Part shown: positions 19,150-29,038 of the stretch, piece by piece | Layout of the letters: the number at the start of each line of letters is the position of its first letter | Position numbering within the stretch: position 1 is the first letter of the stretch | From: Armatimonadota bacterium | Lineage (GTDB): Bacteria; Armatimonadota; HRBIN16 | Direction of reading: 5' to 3' | Length of the DNA stretch: 64,000 nt | Assembly (NCBI GenBank): GCA_963677485.1 | Contig: OY781964.1 | Coordinates: forward strand, 704,001-768,000 | The notes under the pieces: generated by a model | Seen by the model: only the letters and a program-made list of their open reading frames with translations | Told to the model about the DNA's origin: nothing | The model's database searches: none | Translations under genes and position numbers: made by a program

Positions 19150-19231
19150 ACTTTCACTGGCGACAACCGCGCAAGCAGTTGTCGCTTTTTTCATTCACGG
19201 CACCTGATAGGTCTTCAAAGGAGAACAGCCC

Positions 19232-20509
19232 ATGCGCTACAGCGCACCAAGAGGAACCAACGACTTCCTGCCCGACGACACCCCGCTTTGGCAGATGGTG
19301 GAAGATCGCTTCCGCTCGGTCGCCATGCGTTATGGATACCACGAGATCCGAACCCCCATCTTCGAGGATGTCGAGTTGTTTACCCGCAGCATGGGTGAAC
19401 ACACCGATGTGGTCAGCAAAGAGATGTATGTGTTCGAAGACCGCGGTGGGCGTAAGCTGGCCCTAAAACCAGAGGGAACCGCTCCAGCCGTGCGCGCCTA
19501 TGTGCAGCACAACCTGGCCGCGGAAGCCGGTGTGAACAAACTTTACTACCTCACCCAGATTTTCCGGTATGAGCGCCCTCAGGCGGGCCGGTATCGGCAG
19601 GCTCACCAAGTGGGCATCGAGGCGTTAGGATCGCAGCATCCCGCCATCGACGCCGAGGTGATCGCGCTGGCGATGCAGTTCTACCGCGAAATTGGCATCA
19701 ACGCGCTCAGCCTGGTGCTGAACAGCGTGGGCTGCCCGGTCTGCCGGCCCTCGTATCGCGAGAAGCTGCAGCAGTACGCTCAGCCATTCAAACACGAGCT
19801 TTGCGACGCCTGCCAAACCCGGTATGACAACAACCCCATGCGAATGTTGGACTGCAAACGGCCCGAGTGCCGTGAGCGGCTGGCCGACGCTCCTGACATA
19901 CTGGACAGCCTTTGCGATGAGTGCAGCACGCATTTCACTAAACTGCGGGGCTTCTTAGACGGCATGGCGGTTCCCTACCGTGTGGATAAGAACCTGGTGC
20001 GTGGGTTTGACTACTATACCAAAACCGCGTTTGAAATCCAGTCAGATGCCCTCGGCTCCCAGAATGCGCTCGGAGGCGGTGGCCGCTACGACGGCCTGGT
20101 CGAAGAGATCGGTGGTCAGAGCACCCCGGGCATCGGATTCGCGCTGGGTGTCGAGCGCGCCATCATCGTGCTGAAGGAACTTGGCGTGGTCACCACCGGC
20201 AGGAAACCCGTGCAGGTCTTCGTGGCCGCATTGGGCGAGCAAGCGGAAGCCCCTGCTCTGCTGTTGATGCAGCAACTGCGTAATGCAGGCATCAGCGTGG
20301 ACATGGACTTTCAACGCCGCAGCCTGAAGGCGCAGATGAAACTGGCAGACAAGTCCGGTGCATCTTACACCGTGCTCATGGGTGAAGATGAGTTGAAGAA
20401 CAACTCGGGGCTCATCCGTAACATGGCCAACAAACAGCAGCAGCTAGTCAGCTTAGACGAATGCTGCCATACCCTTTCACAGGCGCTAGACGCCCAATCT
20501 CGGAGGTAA
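19232..20509 (+). CDS. hisS: Histidine--tRNA ligase
   Basis: PRGTNDFLP, FRYERPQAGRYRQ, LVRGFDYY, GGGRYDGL. Confidence 0.97.
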   Translation: MRYSAPRGTNDFLPDDTPLWQMVEDRFRSVAMRYGYHEIRTPIFEDVELFTRSMGEHTDVVSKEMYVFEDRGGRKLALKPEGTAPAVRAYVQHNLAAEAGVNKLYYLTQIFRYERPQAGRYRQAHQVGIEALGSQHPAIDAEVIALAMQFYREIGINALSLVLNSVGCPVCRPSYREKLQQYAQPFKHELCDACQTRYDNNPMRMLDCKRPECRERLADAPDILDSLCDECSTHFTKLRGFLDGMAVPYRVDKNLVRGFDYYTKTAFEIQSDALGSQNALGGGGRYDGLVEEIGGQSTPGIGFALGVERAIIVLKELGVVTTGRKPVQVFVAALGEQAEAPALLLMQQLRNAGISVDMDFQRRSLKAQMKLADKSGASYTVLMGEDELKNNSGLIRNMANKQQQLVSLDECCHTLSQALDAQSRR

Positions 20510-20513
20510 CGCA

Positions 20514-22292
20514 GTGCAGCAGTGGCAACGAACCATATCTTGTGGCGATCTTCGCATAGAACATATCGGGCAGTCTGTAACCCTGAACGGGTGGGTGCAG
20601 CGAACCCGTGACCACGGTGGTCTACTTTTTGCGGATGTGCGCGACCGAACCGGCATCGTGCAGGTGGTGTTTGACCCAGATGTGAATGCTGCGATGCACA
20701 CGATGTCGCAGACTCTTCGAATGGAATTCGTGGTCGCCATCACTGGCACCGTGCGCCACCGCCCTGAGGGTGCTTCCAACCCGAAGCTGGGAACCGGTGA
20801 GGTGGAAGTGTTGGTGACGGATGCAGAGATACTAAACACCTGCAAGCCGCTGCCCTTCATGCTGAATGACGAAAACTTCAACGTGGACGAATCGGTGCGC
20901 CTGCGCTATCGATACCTCGACCTGCGCCGCCCCGAGATGTATAAGCGCATGGAGATTCGTCATAAGCTGGTCAACGGCATGCGCGAATTCCTGAACAAGA
21001 AGGACTTCCTGGAAATCGAGACACCCATCCTCATCAAATCGACGCCTGAGGGTGCGCGTGACTACCTCGTGCCCAGCCGCCTTTATGCCGGCCAGTTCTA
21101 CGCCCTGCCCCAAAGCCCTCAGCAAATGAAACAGTTGCTGATGGTTGCCGGCATCGAGCGTTATTACCAGATCGCAAAGTGCTTCCGCGATGAGGATGCC
21201 CGCAGCGACCGTCAGCCGGAGTTCACCCAACTCGACCTCGAGATGTCCTTCGTTAAGCAAGAGGACATCATGGAGCTGATTGAGGAGATGGCTCTGGAAG
21301 TCATCGGCAAGGTGACCACCAAGACGCTGCCCGCTCCCTGGCCCCGCTTGAGCTACGATGAGGCGATCCGCCGATACGGCTCCGACAAGCCGGACATCCG
21401 CTTCGGCATGGAGCTGCTTGACCTGACCGAGACGCTGGCGGACACAGAAGCCGGTGTCTTCCGCGGTGCTTTGGATTCCGGCGGACAGGTGAAAGCCATC
21501 TGCATCCCCGGCGCGGCCAGCTACAGCCGAAAAGAGCTGGATGAGCTCACCGATTTCGTGAAGCGATTCGGGGCCAAGGGCCTGGCCACCATCCAGTGGC
21601 AAGAGACGGGCGTGCGCTCCCCCATCGCGAAGTTCCTGAAGGAAGAGGAAATCGAGACCATCAAAACCGCTGTGGGAGCCAACACGGGCGACATGGTAGC
21701 CATTGTGGCAGGCGATGCCAAAATGGTGGCGAACTGTCTGGGACGCCTTCGTGTGGAGATGGGCAAACGGCTGAAGCTGGCCGACCCTAACTGTCTGGCT
21801 TTCCTGTGGGTCGTGGATTTCCCGTTGGTGGAATGGAATGCCGACAGCAACCGATGGGATGCGATGCACCACCCCTTCACCATGCCGCACGAAGAGGACC
21901 TGCCGATGCTGGAGACCGCCCCCGGCAAGGTGCGTGCCCAGTGTTATGACATCGTGTGCAACGGCGTGGAGTGGGCCAGCGGTTCTATCCGTATCCACCG
22001 GCCCGACATTCAGGAGAAGGTATTCGAGCTTCTGGCTTACACCCGGGAGCAGGCCCGCGAGCTGTTCGGTCACATGATTGAGGCCTTCGAGTTTGGGGCT
22101 CCGCCGCACGGTGGGATCGCACCCGGCATCGACCGTCTGGTGATGTTCCTGACCGATGATGACAACATCCGCGACGTCATCGCCTTCCCGAAGACCACCA
22201 CCGGCCAGGACATCCTGTTCGGCGCCCCAAGCACTGTGGACGAGGCTCAGTTGAGGGATCTTTCGCTGGTGATCAAGAAGGTAGTCAAGTAG
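20514..22292 (+). CDS. aspS: Aspartate--tRNA ligase
   Basis: RLRYRYLDLRR, STPEGARDYLVPSR, LPQSPQ, DRQPEFTQLD, GAPPHGGIAPGIDRL. Confidence 0.97.
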   Translation: MQQWQRTISCGDLRIEHIGQSVTLNGWVQRTRDHGGLLFADVRDRTGIVQVVFDPDVNAAMHTMSQTLRMEFVVAITGTVRHRPEGASNPKLGTGEVEVLVTDAEILNTCKPLPFMLNDENFNVDESVRLRYRYLDLRRPEMYKRMEIRHKLVNGMREFLNKKDFLEIETPILIKSTPEGARDYLVPSRLYAGQFYALPQSPQQMKQLLMVAGIERYYQIAKCFRDEDARSDRQPEFTQLDLEMSFVKQEDIMELIEEMALEVIGKVTTKTLPAPWPRLSYDEAIRRYGSDKPDIRFGMELLDLTETLADTEAGVFRGALDSGGQVKAICIPGAASYSRKELDELTDFVKRFGAKGLATIQWQETGVRSPIAKFLKEEEIETIKTAVGANTGDMVAIVAGDAKMVANCLGRLRVEMGKRLKLADPNCLAFLWVVDFPLVEWNADSNRWDAMHHPFTMPHEEDLPMLETAPGKVRAQCYDIVCNGVEWASGSIRIHRPDIQEKVFELLAYTREQARELFGHMIEAFEFGAPPHGGIAPGIDRLVMFLTDDDNIRDVIAFPKTTTGQDILFGAPSTVDEAQLRDLSLVIKKVVK

Positions 22293-22357
22293 GGGCAAGG
22301 CGTGCCTTACCCGTATAGGGGTGACCGCTGTAGGGGCGACCGGCCGGTCGCCCCTAC
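22289..22357. repeat. Two GTAG-headed REP palindromes; the first supplies the aspS TAG stop
   Basis: GTAGGGGCAAGGCGTGCCTTACCCGTA (22289-22315) and the perfect 28-bp palindrome GTAGGGGCGACCGGCCGGTCGCCCCTAC (22330-22357). Confidence 0.85.
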
Positions 22358-22359
22358 CC

Positions 22360-23466
22360 CTACGGCTTCGCGCTGGTCGTCACCTGCAGGAAGTTCGCCT
22401 TCGGGTAATAGACTGTTTTTACGCCCTTGAGGTATTTCAACGCCTGCCACGGCAGATACAAAACTCCGTCCTTCGACACCACCTTCGATGGCAACACCAC
22501 GCGCTTCCCATCCACAATAAACGCCGCGTCACCGGCCTTCGCAGACAGCTTCTGTTGAGGAGCCACTGCAGCGAGTCTCTTCAGCGGTATGAGCCCATCT
22601 ATGTAACCACGGGCGAACTCTTTACCATATCCGATCACCAGCATGTTCGACTTAGCAACAATTTGATGTGACCCATCCCAGCCGTAGTCGGTAGAACTCC
22701 ACACTTCGCCGGTGACCGCATTCACTTTCATATCAAAGTGGGATGCGCAACCGCACCTGTTGAGTGAATCCGGCAGATCACACGTCACTGTATACACAGG
22801 TACAGGATATGCCAGCGACTTGTCGTAGAATCCATATGTCAACTGGAACTCACTGTCTGGCCACGTCAGCTTGCCCTGATCGGTTTGATGTGCCGTCCGC
22901 ACCCAATGGCCAGCGATTTCCATCGCTTTTGCCGGTGTGATGGGTATGCTGCCCCTATAGTCGGCAAACCCTTCATCATTCATTTCGGCAAAGTTTAGCA
23001 CTCCGTTATGGTCCACCTGCACATATACATAGGTGTCTGGATGTTCGATACCGTTGGCCTGGCGATATAGCCAGTAGCCCGGCTGCACCATAGTCAGCTT
23101 TGCCATCAGCGTTGGAGCTACATGGGTGGGTGCCCAGGCTTTGAACGCCTTCAGTATGGCATCCCGATCGGTACTCACATCTTCATAGTCAAAGTCACCA
23201 GAAACCCACTTCAATACCTTGCCGTTGCTGCGGTTGATATGAAGCGCATCCGTCTTGTTCTCCAGGAACATATGTAGCAAGATTCGACCGTTCGGGCCTT
23301 TGGTTTTCATGGCGTCACACACATCAGGCTCCCAGTCCGGTTTACCCAGCCAGGTGCGGGCAATTTTCGTCACCTGCTCATCGTTCAACAGCGGGGCACC
23401 TATGCTCATGCTGACGAACGACAGACAGGATAGCATGGCCACCATGATAATAGATAATCGCTGCAC
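22360..23466 (-). CDS. Secreted PepSY-like + stalk-domain protein (array member 3)
   Basis: Signal peptide; ITPAKAMEIA...VYTV...KVNAVTGEV; YLPWQALKYLKGVK tail. Confidence 0.75.
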   Translation of the reverse strand: MQRLSIIMVAMLSCLSFVSMSIGAPLLNDEQVTKIARTWLGKPDWEPDVCDAMKTKGPNGRILLHMFLENKTDALHINRSNGKVLKWVSGDFDYEDVSTDRDAILKAFKAWAPTHVAPTLMAKLTMVQPGYWLYRQANGIEHPDTYVYVQVDHNGVLNFAEMNDEGFADYRGSIPITPAKAMEIAGHWVRTAHQTDQGKLTWPDSEFQLTYGFYDKSLAYPVPVYTVTCDLPDSLNRCGCASHFDMKVNAVTGEVWSSTDYGWDGSHQIVAKSNMLVIGYGKEFARGYIDGLIPLKRLAAVAPQQKLSAKAGDAAFIVDGKRVVLPSKVVSKDGVLYLPWQALKYLKGVKTVYYPKANFLQVTTSAKP

Positions 23467-24626
23467 TACTGCACCTTCTTCTTCATACTGCTCTTCGGTA
23501 TGCCGGTCCCTGTGGTGGTGACATCCAGCCGGTTCAATTTCGCGTCATAGCGGACCTTCACGCCAGGCAGGTATTTCAGCGCCTGCCAGGGCAGATACAG
23601 GTCACTGCCTTTGGCGATCACTTTGGCAGGTAACGGGATATTTAAACCGGACAGCATGAGTGCCATGTCACCTGCTTTTGCAGATAGCGGCTTCCCCCCA
23701 GCCAGAACCTTGGCAAATGCCAGACTCACCACGGGACTGCCATTTGCCATATGGGCTCCGCTCACTGAGGTTCCATTACGGTATAACGCCACGACTTTCG
23801 GGATATTCTGACGTGTGACTTGCACCCCTTTCACACTGTCATCTCCTGCACCTGTAAACAAGATATGGCTTGTTGATCCGGTCTGGGCATTGACTAACAC
23901 ACCATAGGCATACCCCCACCGATCATCATCATACTTTTCAAACACAGTGAAAGCATAGGCTACTTCATATGTACCAGCAGGCGTATACACGATCAATGGC
24001 ATGGGTTCCATTGGCTCGCAAACTACAGATGGTGCCTCTGTTATGCCATTTAGTAAATGCGCACCAGCATATGATTCGGCCTGCTGTATCGTCATGATTT
24101 CCGCGTCAGCAAATTCCGGTGATGGCTTTTCCTCGTAAGAGTACTTGTCTATCGTGCCATCTTCGAGCACATGAACGCGACAGGAATTGGTGTAGTCGTG
24201 GAACCCCCTTGAGGTAACCCGCCGGTACGACCCAGGCCACACTTCGGTATAGAAGCCTTTTGAAAACTTCGGCACCTTTTCCGACAGATACTTCATAGCA
24301 ACCGAGCGCGTTAACTCATCAGACGCACGCTTCCGTTTGCCCTTGTAGATACTATAATCCGAAACGATACCCTGATGCATCTCGACAACCCACATTTCAT
24401 CGCCTTTGGTGAACAGCCATCTGTTCTGCGCCAGAGGGTATTCGTCCTCTTCCACCAGTACCTTATCAATTTTATCAGGGACGAAAGACTGTAGGTTTGA
24501 AAACTTTTTAATCAGTTCGATGGCTTGCTTTTCGTTGATACGGTCCGGGAGACCTGCCAACACCAGTGACGGTACCATCACCGCCAACAGACAGATCATG
24601 ACTAAGCGAATGGGAGACATCACCAT
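23466..24626 (-). CDS. Secreted PepSY-like + stalk-domain protein (array member 2)
   Basis: Signal peptide from MVMSPIRL (GAGG RBS); INEKQAIELI, VLVNAQTG; YLPWQALKYLPGVK tail. Confidence 0.75.
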   Translation of the reverse strand: MVMSPIRLVMICLLAVMVPSLVLAGLPDRINEKQAIELIKKFSNLQSFVPDKIDKVLVEEDEYPLAQNRWLFTKGDEMWVVEMHQGIVSDYSIYKGKRKRASDELTRSVAMKYLSEKVPKFSKGFYTEVWPGSYRRVTSRGFHDYTNSCRVHVLEDGTIDKYSYEEKPSPEFADAEIMTIQQAESYAGAHLLNGITEAPSVVCEPMEPMPLIVYTPAGTYEVAYAFTVFEKYDDDRWGYAYGVLVNAQTGSTSHILFTGAGDDSVKGVQVTRQNIPKVVALYRNGTSVSGAHMANGSPVVSLAFAKVLAGGKPLSAKAGDMALMLSGLNIPLPAKVIAKGSDLYLPWQALKYLPGVKVRYDAKLNRLDVTTTGTGIPKSSMKKKVQ

Positions 24627-24697
24627 ACCTCTTGAGCATCTACGGTTAATACCCGGATAGACAGGCATGTTTCTAGAGATGACAGGCATCAATCTCA

Positions 24698-25951
24698 CTA
24701 CTGCACCTTCTTCTTCATGCTGCTCTTCGGTATGCGGGTCCCTGTGGTGGTGACATCCAGCCGATGGGTTTTCTCATCATAGCTCACCCTCACGCCGGGC
24801 AGGTATTTCAACGCCTGCCAGGGGAGATAATACCTGCCAGACTGGGCCGCCACCTTGTATGGAAGGGCTATTCGCTTGCCATCAAGCGTGAACGCCTTCT
24901 CGCCTGGTTTAGCAGTAATGGTTTGTGATGGAGCAAGGGCCATCATGGTTCTCAGCGGAACCATTCGAACAGACGGGGCCACGGTTTTGGTCTTAGCTTT
25001 AGCTGCCGTGTTTTTCCTGACTCCCTTTTTCGGTGCTGGAGGAGTCTTTGCACACAGATAAATACTGGCATCGGCCTGCAGGATAGCTCCCGAACAGGCA
25101 TCGACGTTGACGCGGTATATGCCACATCCTTCCAGCCCATGCTCGGATTGTTCGTCGGACCAGGACGCATTGACAGCGGGATCGTCCGAAATTAGGAAAG
25201 AAACCTCATAGACAGCCTCAGGATCGCCTTTTTGGTTGATATGCCACTTTATGCCATCAATGTCAAGCACATCGAAGTATGGCATGCCGCAGATATTGCC
25301 CTCATAGTCGTTCCAGGTATATGATCCAGCTATGGATTTCGCTATACTCACAGCTTGTTTGGGCGTCATTGTAGGAGTGGGAAGTGGTAGAGGTATGGGC
25401 TTATTCCACACAAATACCCCCTTTACTAATCCCTGCTCATCTCTATCCAAACTTAAGCGGACAAACGGGTTCCAGGTGCCGTCTGGATATCGCAGCTCCC
25501 AGTTATCTTCACCGTGTAGTTGCATCTGAGCTCTTGGCAGATCAGTGTGCCTGCTCCACATATCTTCTACATTCAGTGCATCAGCAGGGTATATAGTCAG
25601 GTCTGAGTCTGTAGAGACCATCTCTATGCAACCCGAGAGGGCGTTGACGAAATAACTTCGGTTGGCACAGTCAAATGGATAATGAGGATCTTTGTTACAC
25701 CACATTTCTAACGCGGTTCCGTAGTTTTCTGGGACACTCATATAACCTGACCCCATAGAATTGGTCACCATGGCAGTAGGATCACCGATGAATGCTCGGA
25801 CTCTCTCAATAGCCTGTTGCTCAGAGATAACAGCACCTGCTTGCAGCGACATTATCATCGCACAGAGGCTGAGTAACAATACGGTTATGACCTTGATGCG
25901 TACACGGGTGATGCATGCGAAACAGTCGGGTGTTACCATTACAGTGTTCAT
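24698..25951 (-). CDS. Secreted PepSY-like + stalk-domain protein (array member 1)
   Basis: ISEQQAIERV, MTPKQAVSIA...VYEVSF...VNVDACSGAIL; YLPWQALKYLPGV tail. Confidence 0.75.
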   Translation of the reverse strand: MNTVMVTPDCFACITRVRIKVITVLLLSLCAMIMSLQAGAVISEQQAIERVRAFIGDPTAMVTNSMGSGYMSVPENYGTALEMWCNKDPHYPFDCANRSYFVNALSGCIEMVSTDSDLTIYPADALNVEDMWSRHTDLPRAQMQLHGEDNWELRYPDGTWNPFVRLSLDRDEQGLVKGVFVWNKPIPLPLPTPTMTPKQAVSIAKSIAGSYTWNDYEGNICGMPYFDVLDIDGIKWHINQKGDPEAVYEVSFLISDDPAVNASWSDEQSEHGLEGCGIYRVNVDACSGAILQADASIYLCAKTPPAPKKGVRKNTAAKAKTKTVAPSVRMVPLRTMMALAPSQTITAKPGEKAFTLDGKRIALPYKVAAQSGRYYLPWQALKYLPGVRVSYDEKTHRLDVTTTGTRIPKSSMKKKVQ

Positions 25952-25990
25952 GAATACATCCTTTCAGTGGTAGAACATCGACAAGCGTCT

Positions 25991-26041
25991 TCGCTTGTTT
26001 AGCTAGATTATACCCTCGTTTTCACGATAAACGTATGGTTT
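25991..26041 (-). promoter_or_regulatory. Duplicated promoter-like segment, copy 1 (TATAAT -10 on the minus strand)
   Basis: 51 bp, 7 mismatches to 28076-28126; both copies lie just upstream of minus-strand genes. Confidence 0.6.
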
Positions 26042-26150
26042 TCTGCGTTTTAAGGAGATCTAGTTATAATTTCCGCAGATGGTCGGCGCCCATTTGTGTG
26101 CATTCGTGGTTAAGATTATTCTGACGAGTAGAGCATGATGCTGACTATCG

Positions 26151-26178
26151 AGGGGTAAGCACGGGGGCTTACCCCTAC
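26151..26178. repeat. REP-like palindrome ending in CCCCTAC
   Basis: AGGGGTAAGCACGGGGGCTTACCCCTAC. Confidence 0.7.
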
Positions 26179-26254
26179 GCAGCCAATTCACGCACGCCCA
26201 AACAGCAGTCGACCAACCGGTTCTCGTCCCCCGTGCTGGTGTAGGCGCATCTCT

Positions 26255-28048
26255 TTATCGGCGGTTACTTTTCAAATAGCCGTCTATTTTCCGCATATAT
26301 TCAAGATTGGCCGATTGGTCGAGCTTCTGCAGTCGTTCGACTGACCGAAACGCACCAGTGCCGGTATGATCACTCTGGAGCACGATGACTTCGTGCAGAA
26401 TCTGAAGCGGCAGTACACCGATCGACGCAAACACCACCATCCAGGCCAGAAATCGCCGCGTCTCCCTATTCGCCAGGATGTAGTAGTCCTGGATGCGGTA
26501 TTTCCGGCAGAGCATTGGCGTCATTGCAGCCGTAAACAGGCAGCCCGCCACGAATAATAAAAGATACCGTTCTACCCAATCCATGCGGAGAGTGCTTAGG
26601 TATACGGATATGGCATATATCCCTGCAACTCCCGCCACGGGAAGCCAGTTATACAACATCTCGGCCCATCGGCCAGGCGCCGGAATGCCCTGAAGCTGGC
26701 AATTCCGTTTGAATTCAAACCTGACGGATATCCAGCCTACGATCAGCAGCAAAGGTGCCACATACTGCGTCCTACGCCATACCGCTGTCACGTCGTCTGC
26801 CCAAATGTGTAAGGCCGCTATCTGTGCCACGGTGAAAACCATCGCGGCCAGCGTAAATCCAAGCGCTAATCGCGATGGCTGATGATGCCATATGAACTCG
26901 GCCACAGACTTCCGCTTGACCCGATATGCGATCCACCAGACGAGATCTCGGATCAGTGAAATGACCACCAGCAGTGCCATGCCAAAGCACAACCATACCC
27001 AGACCGTCTGCTGCTGTATCACGACGTTAATGGCATCCCATCCGATCCAGGGTCTCCCCATTTCTTCCGCTTGGACACGATGGCTGACAGGTAGAAACTC
27101 CCGGCGTGTGACGGGTAAACCTGGGTGGGGACTTATAAATGAACCCATCGACTCTTGCGGTGTGCCATCCAGAATCGTTTCTGAACGACTGCAAAATACC
27201 GACACGATATGCTGACGGTATTCCGAAGCCTGCTTGTCAGCCAGCATCATATTGACATACACTTTAATATAAAGTAGCTCACGAGCGGTTGCTTGATCAC
27301 CCTTCTCCACATAAAACTGAGCAGCGTCTATTATTGTGTCAGGAGACAGAATCTCATATATCTGCCTTCCATACTCATCGTCCATTGTTCGTCGTATTTC
27401 ATAATGCTCCCACAACAGGGGTGTAGGTATCTTCTCAAAATCGGCTTTCAGGTGATCATTCTCATATAACCGTATCGTCTTCTTTTGAGCTAACTGGAAC
27501 TGGCGCACCCCTTCGATGAACATTTTTGAGTCTCTGACTACTATACGCCAACCTCGTTGAGTGCCATGACGGTTCGGTGGTTTGCTCGCAGTTACAGTTG
27601 AGTGGGATAACAGCACTTGGGATTGCAGCAGATTATACAGCGCATTCGCCGGATCGATTTGTTCCCCCTTCTTCATCACCGCAATGTAGTTGTCCAGTTG
27701 CTTCTTCTTGGGAGAACTGCCTGCAAGGTACTGCGGATTACTTTTGACCATCGTCGCGAGTCTGGCGAACACGGCTAAATCGGAGGTTCGATGAGACTGA
27801 GTTCCAAACTCGTGCAGCAACTGTTCGGGTTGTTGTGATTCGACATCATCCGTGTGACCACACAAATCCCAGTACCTAAGTCCTGGCCAGATCACAGGTG
27901 AGTGGTGGAGACAGAAAGATAACATATAATACCGAACGGTGAGACCATGATCGGCGATCCATGTCCTATATACGCCGCGGGCCATCCATAAGAGTGCCAG
28001 CAACAATGCGGCCAGCACGAGGGTAATACTGCGGATGTTGGGTTTCAT
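26255..28048 (-). CDS. Hypothetical membrane protein (extracytoplasmic helical domain + about 6 C-terminal TM helices)
   Basis: Long ORF, AAGGAG RBS before MKPNIRS, hydrophobic segments; no family recognised. Confidence 0.7.
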   Translation of the reverse strand: MKPNIRSITLVLAALLLALLWMARGVYRTWIADHGLTVRYYMLSFCLHHSPVIWPGLRYWDLCGHTDDVESQQPEQLLHEFGTQSHRTSDLAVFARLATMVKSNPQYLAGSSPKKKQLDNYIAVMKKGEQIDPANALYNLLQSQVLLSHSTVTASKPPNRHGTQRGWRIVVRDSKMFIEGVRQFQLAQKKTIRLYENDHLKADFEKIPTPLLWEHYEIRRTMDDEYGRQIYEILSPDTIIDAAQFYVEKGDQATARELLYIKVYVNMMLADKQASEYRQHIVSVFCSRSETILDGTPQESMGSFISPHPGLPVTRREFLPVSHRVQAEEMGRPWIGWDAINVVIQQQTVWVWLCFGMALLVVISLIRDLVWWIAYRVKRKSVAEFIWHHQPSRLALGFTLAAMVFTVAQIAALHIWADDVTAVWRRTQYVAPLLLIVGWISVRFEFKRNCQLQGIPAPGRWAEMLYNWLPVAGVAGIYAISVYLSTLRMDWVERYLLLFVAGCLFTAAMTPMLCRKYRIQDYYILANRETRRFLAWMVVFASIGVLPLQILHEVIVLQSDHTGTGAFRSVERLQKLDQSANLEYMRKIDGYLKSNRR

Positions 28049-28075
28049 AGTAAGCTCCTTTTGCATCAGGCTTCA

Positions 28076-28126
28076 TCGCCTGCTTTGCTAGAGTATACCC
28101 TCGTTTTTATGATAAACGTGTGGTTT
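28076..28126 (-). promoter_or_regulatory. Duplicated promoter-like segment, copy 2 (TATACT -10 on the minus strand)
   Basis: Matches 25991-26041. Confidence 0.6.
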
Positions 28127-28140
28127 ACGAAAATATGCCA

Positions 28141-28213
28141 CTGACAAGTAGGATGAGTAGGACGAGTAGGAAATGAGGGAGGGTAAAGGGCACCCACAGG
28201 GGGGTGCCCCTAC
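28141..28213. repeat. 9-bp microrepeat (GACGAGTAG-like, x3) plus a REP-like palindrome
   Basis: CTGACAAGTAGGATGAGTAGGACGAGTAGGA; GGGCACCCACAGGGGGGTGCCCCTAC at 28188-28213. Confidence 0.65.
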
Positions 28214-28220
28214 CAAAGCA

Positions 28221-28958
28221 CTACCCCGCCGGCTTGCACAGCCAGTCAAACAATCGCTGGAAAGCTGCGACCTCATGCGACAGCTCCTCGGGGTGGAACT
28301 GCACCGCCAGAATGGGTCGACCGTCAGAAGCCTCAAGCCCCTCGATCACGCCATCGGCTGCCACCGCGTTGACCTTCAACCCATCGGCCACACAATCCAC
28401 GCTCTGGTGATGCCAACTGTTCACCGCGTTCAAATCGCTGCCTAGCACACTCTCCAACAATGAGCCAGGCGTCACGCTCAGGCTGTGCAGCAGCACAGGT
28501 GCGTATCCCCCGGCATAATGCTTCACGGAGCTACCGATCTGTGTGGGAATGTCCTGCACAAGCGTGCCGCCCATGGCCACATTCAACATCTGAATACCAC
28601 GACAAATCCCCAGCACGGGAATCCCCCGCCGCAGGGCGGCTTGAAGAGCCAGCTCCTCCATCGTGTCGCGCAGAGGGTCCTGCCCCGCGCTCATTCGGTG
28701 CGGCTCCTGACCGTATCGCAGCGAAAGCACATCACCACCCCCGGTCAAGATTAGCCCATCCACACGCTCCATCAAGGCATTGATGGCATCGGCCCCCGCC
28801 AGGTAGGGCAGCATCACAGGACAGCCACCCGAGCGGATGACGGAGTGCAGGTAGTTGACATTACTCCCGGCCCACACATTCTGAATTTCATTGTTACCGC
28901 TGAGTGGAAGGTTCACCCTCCCGGAAGTTATGGCGATAATTGGGGTAGACACACTCAT
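28221..28958 (-). CDS. Gamma-glutamyl-gamma-aminobutyrate hydrolase family (peptidase C26, PuuD-like)
   Basis: DGLILTGGGDV, LGICRGIQMLNVA, VNSWHHQ, VQFHPE (GATase1 triad). Confidence 0.9.
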   Translation of the reverse strand: MSVSTPIIAITSGRVNLPLSGNNEIQNVWAGSNVNYLHSVIRSGGCPVMLPYLAGADAINALMERVDGLILTGGGDVLSLRYGQEPHRMSAGQDPLRDTMEELALQAALRRGIPVLGICRGIQMLNVAMGGTLVQDIPTQIGSSVKHYAGGYAPVLLHSLSVTPGSLLESVLGSDLNAVNSWHHQSVDCVADGLKVNAVAADGVIEGLEASDGRPILAVQFHPEELSHEVAAFQRLFDWLCKPAG

Positions 28959-28981
28959 TTTCAGACACCTTTTTCATAAAG

Positions 28982-29032
28982 ACGGCCCGGCACCGCCTGG
29001 TTTGTGCGTAAACCTCAAGAATGCCGGGCCGT
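28982..29032. terminator. Intergenic hairpin (terminator or mRNA-stabilising stem)
   Basis: ACGGCCCGGCA...TGCCGGGCCGT inverted repeat; no clear U-tract. Confidence 0.4.
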
Positions 29033-29038
29033 TGTAGC

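Noticed and set aside
20832-22298. 488-aa antisense ORF
   Set aside because: Shadow of aspS caused by GC-biased codon usage; no motifs. The same applies to the antisense ORFs at 1437-2246, 36748-37701 and 52013-52801.
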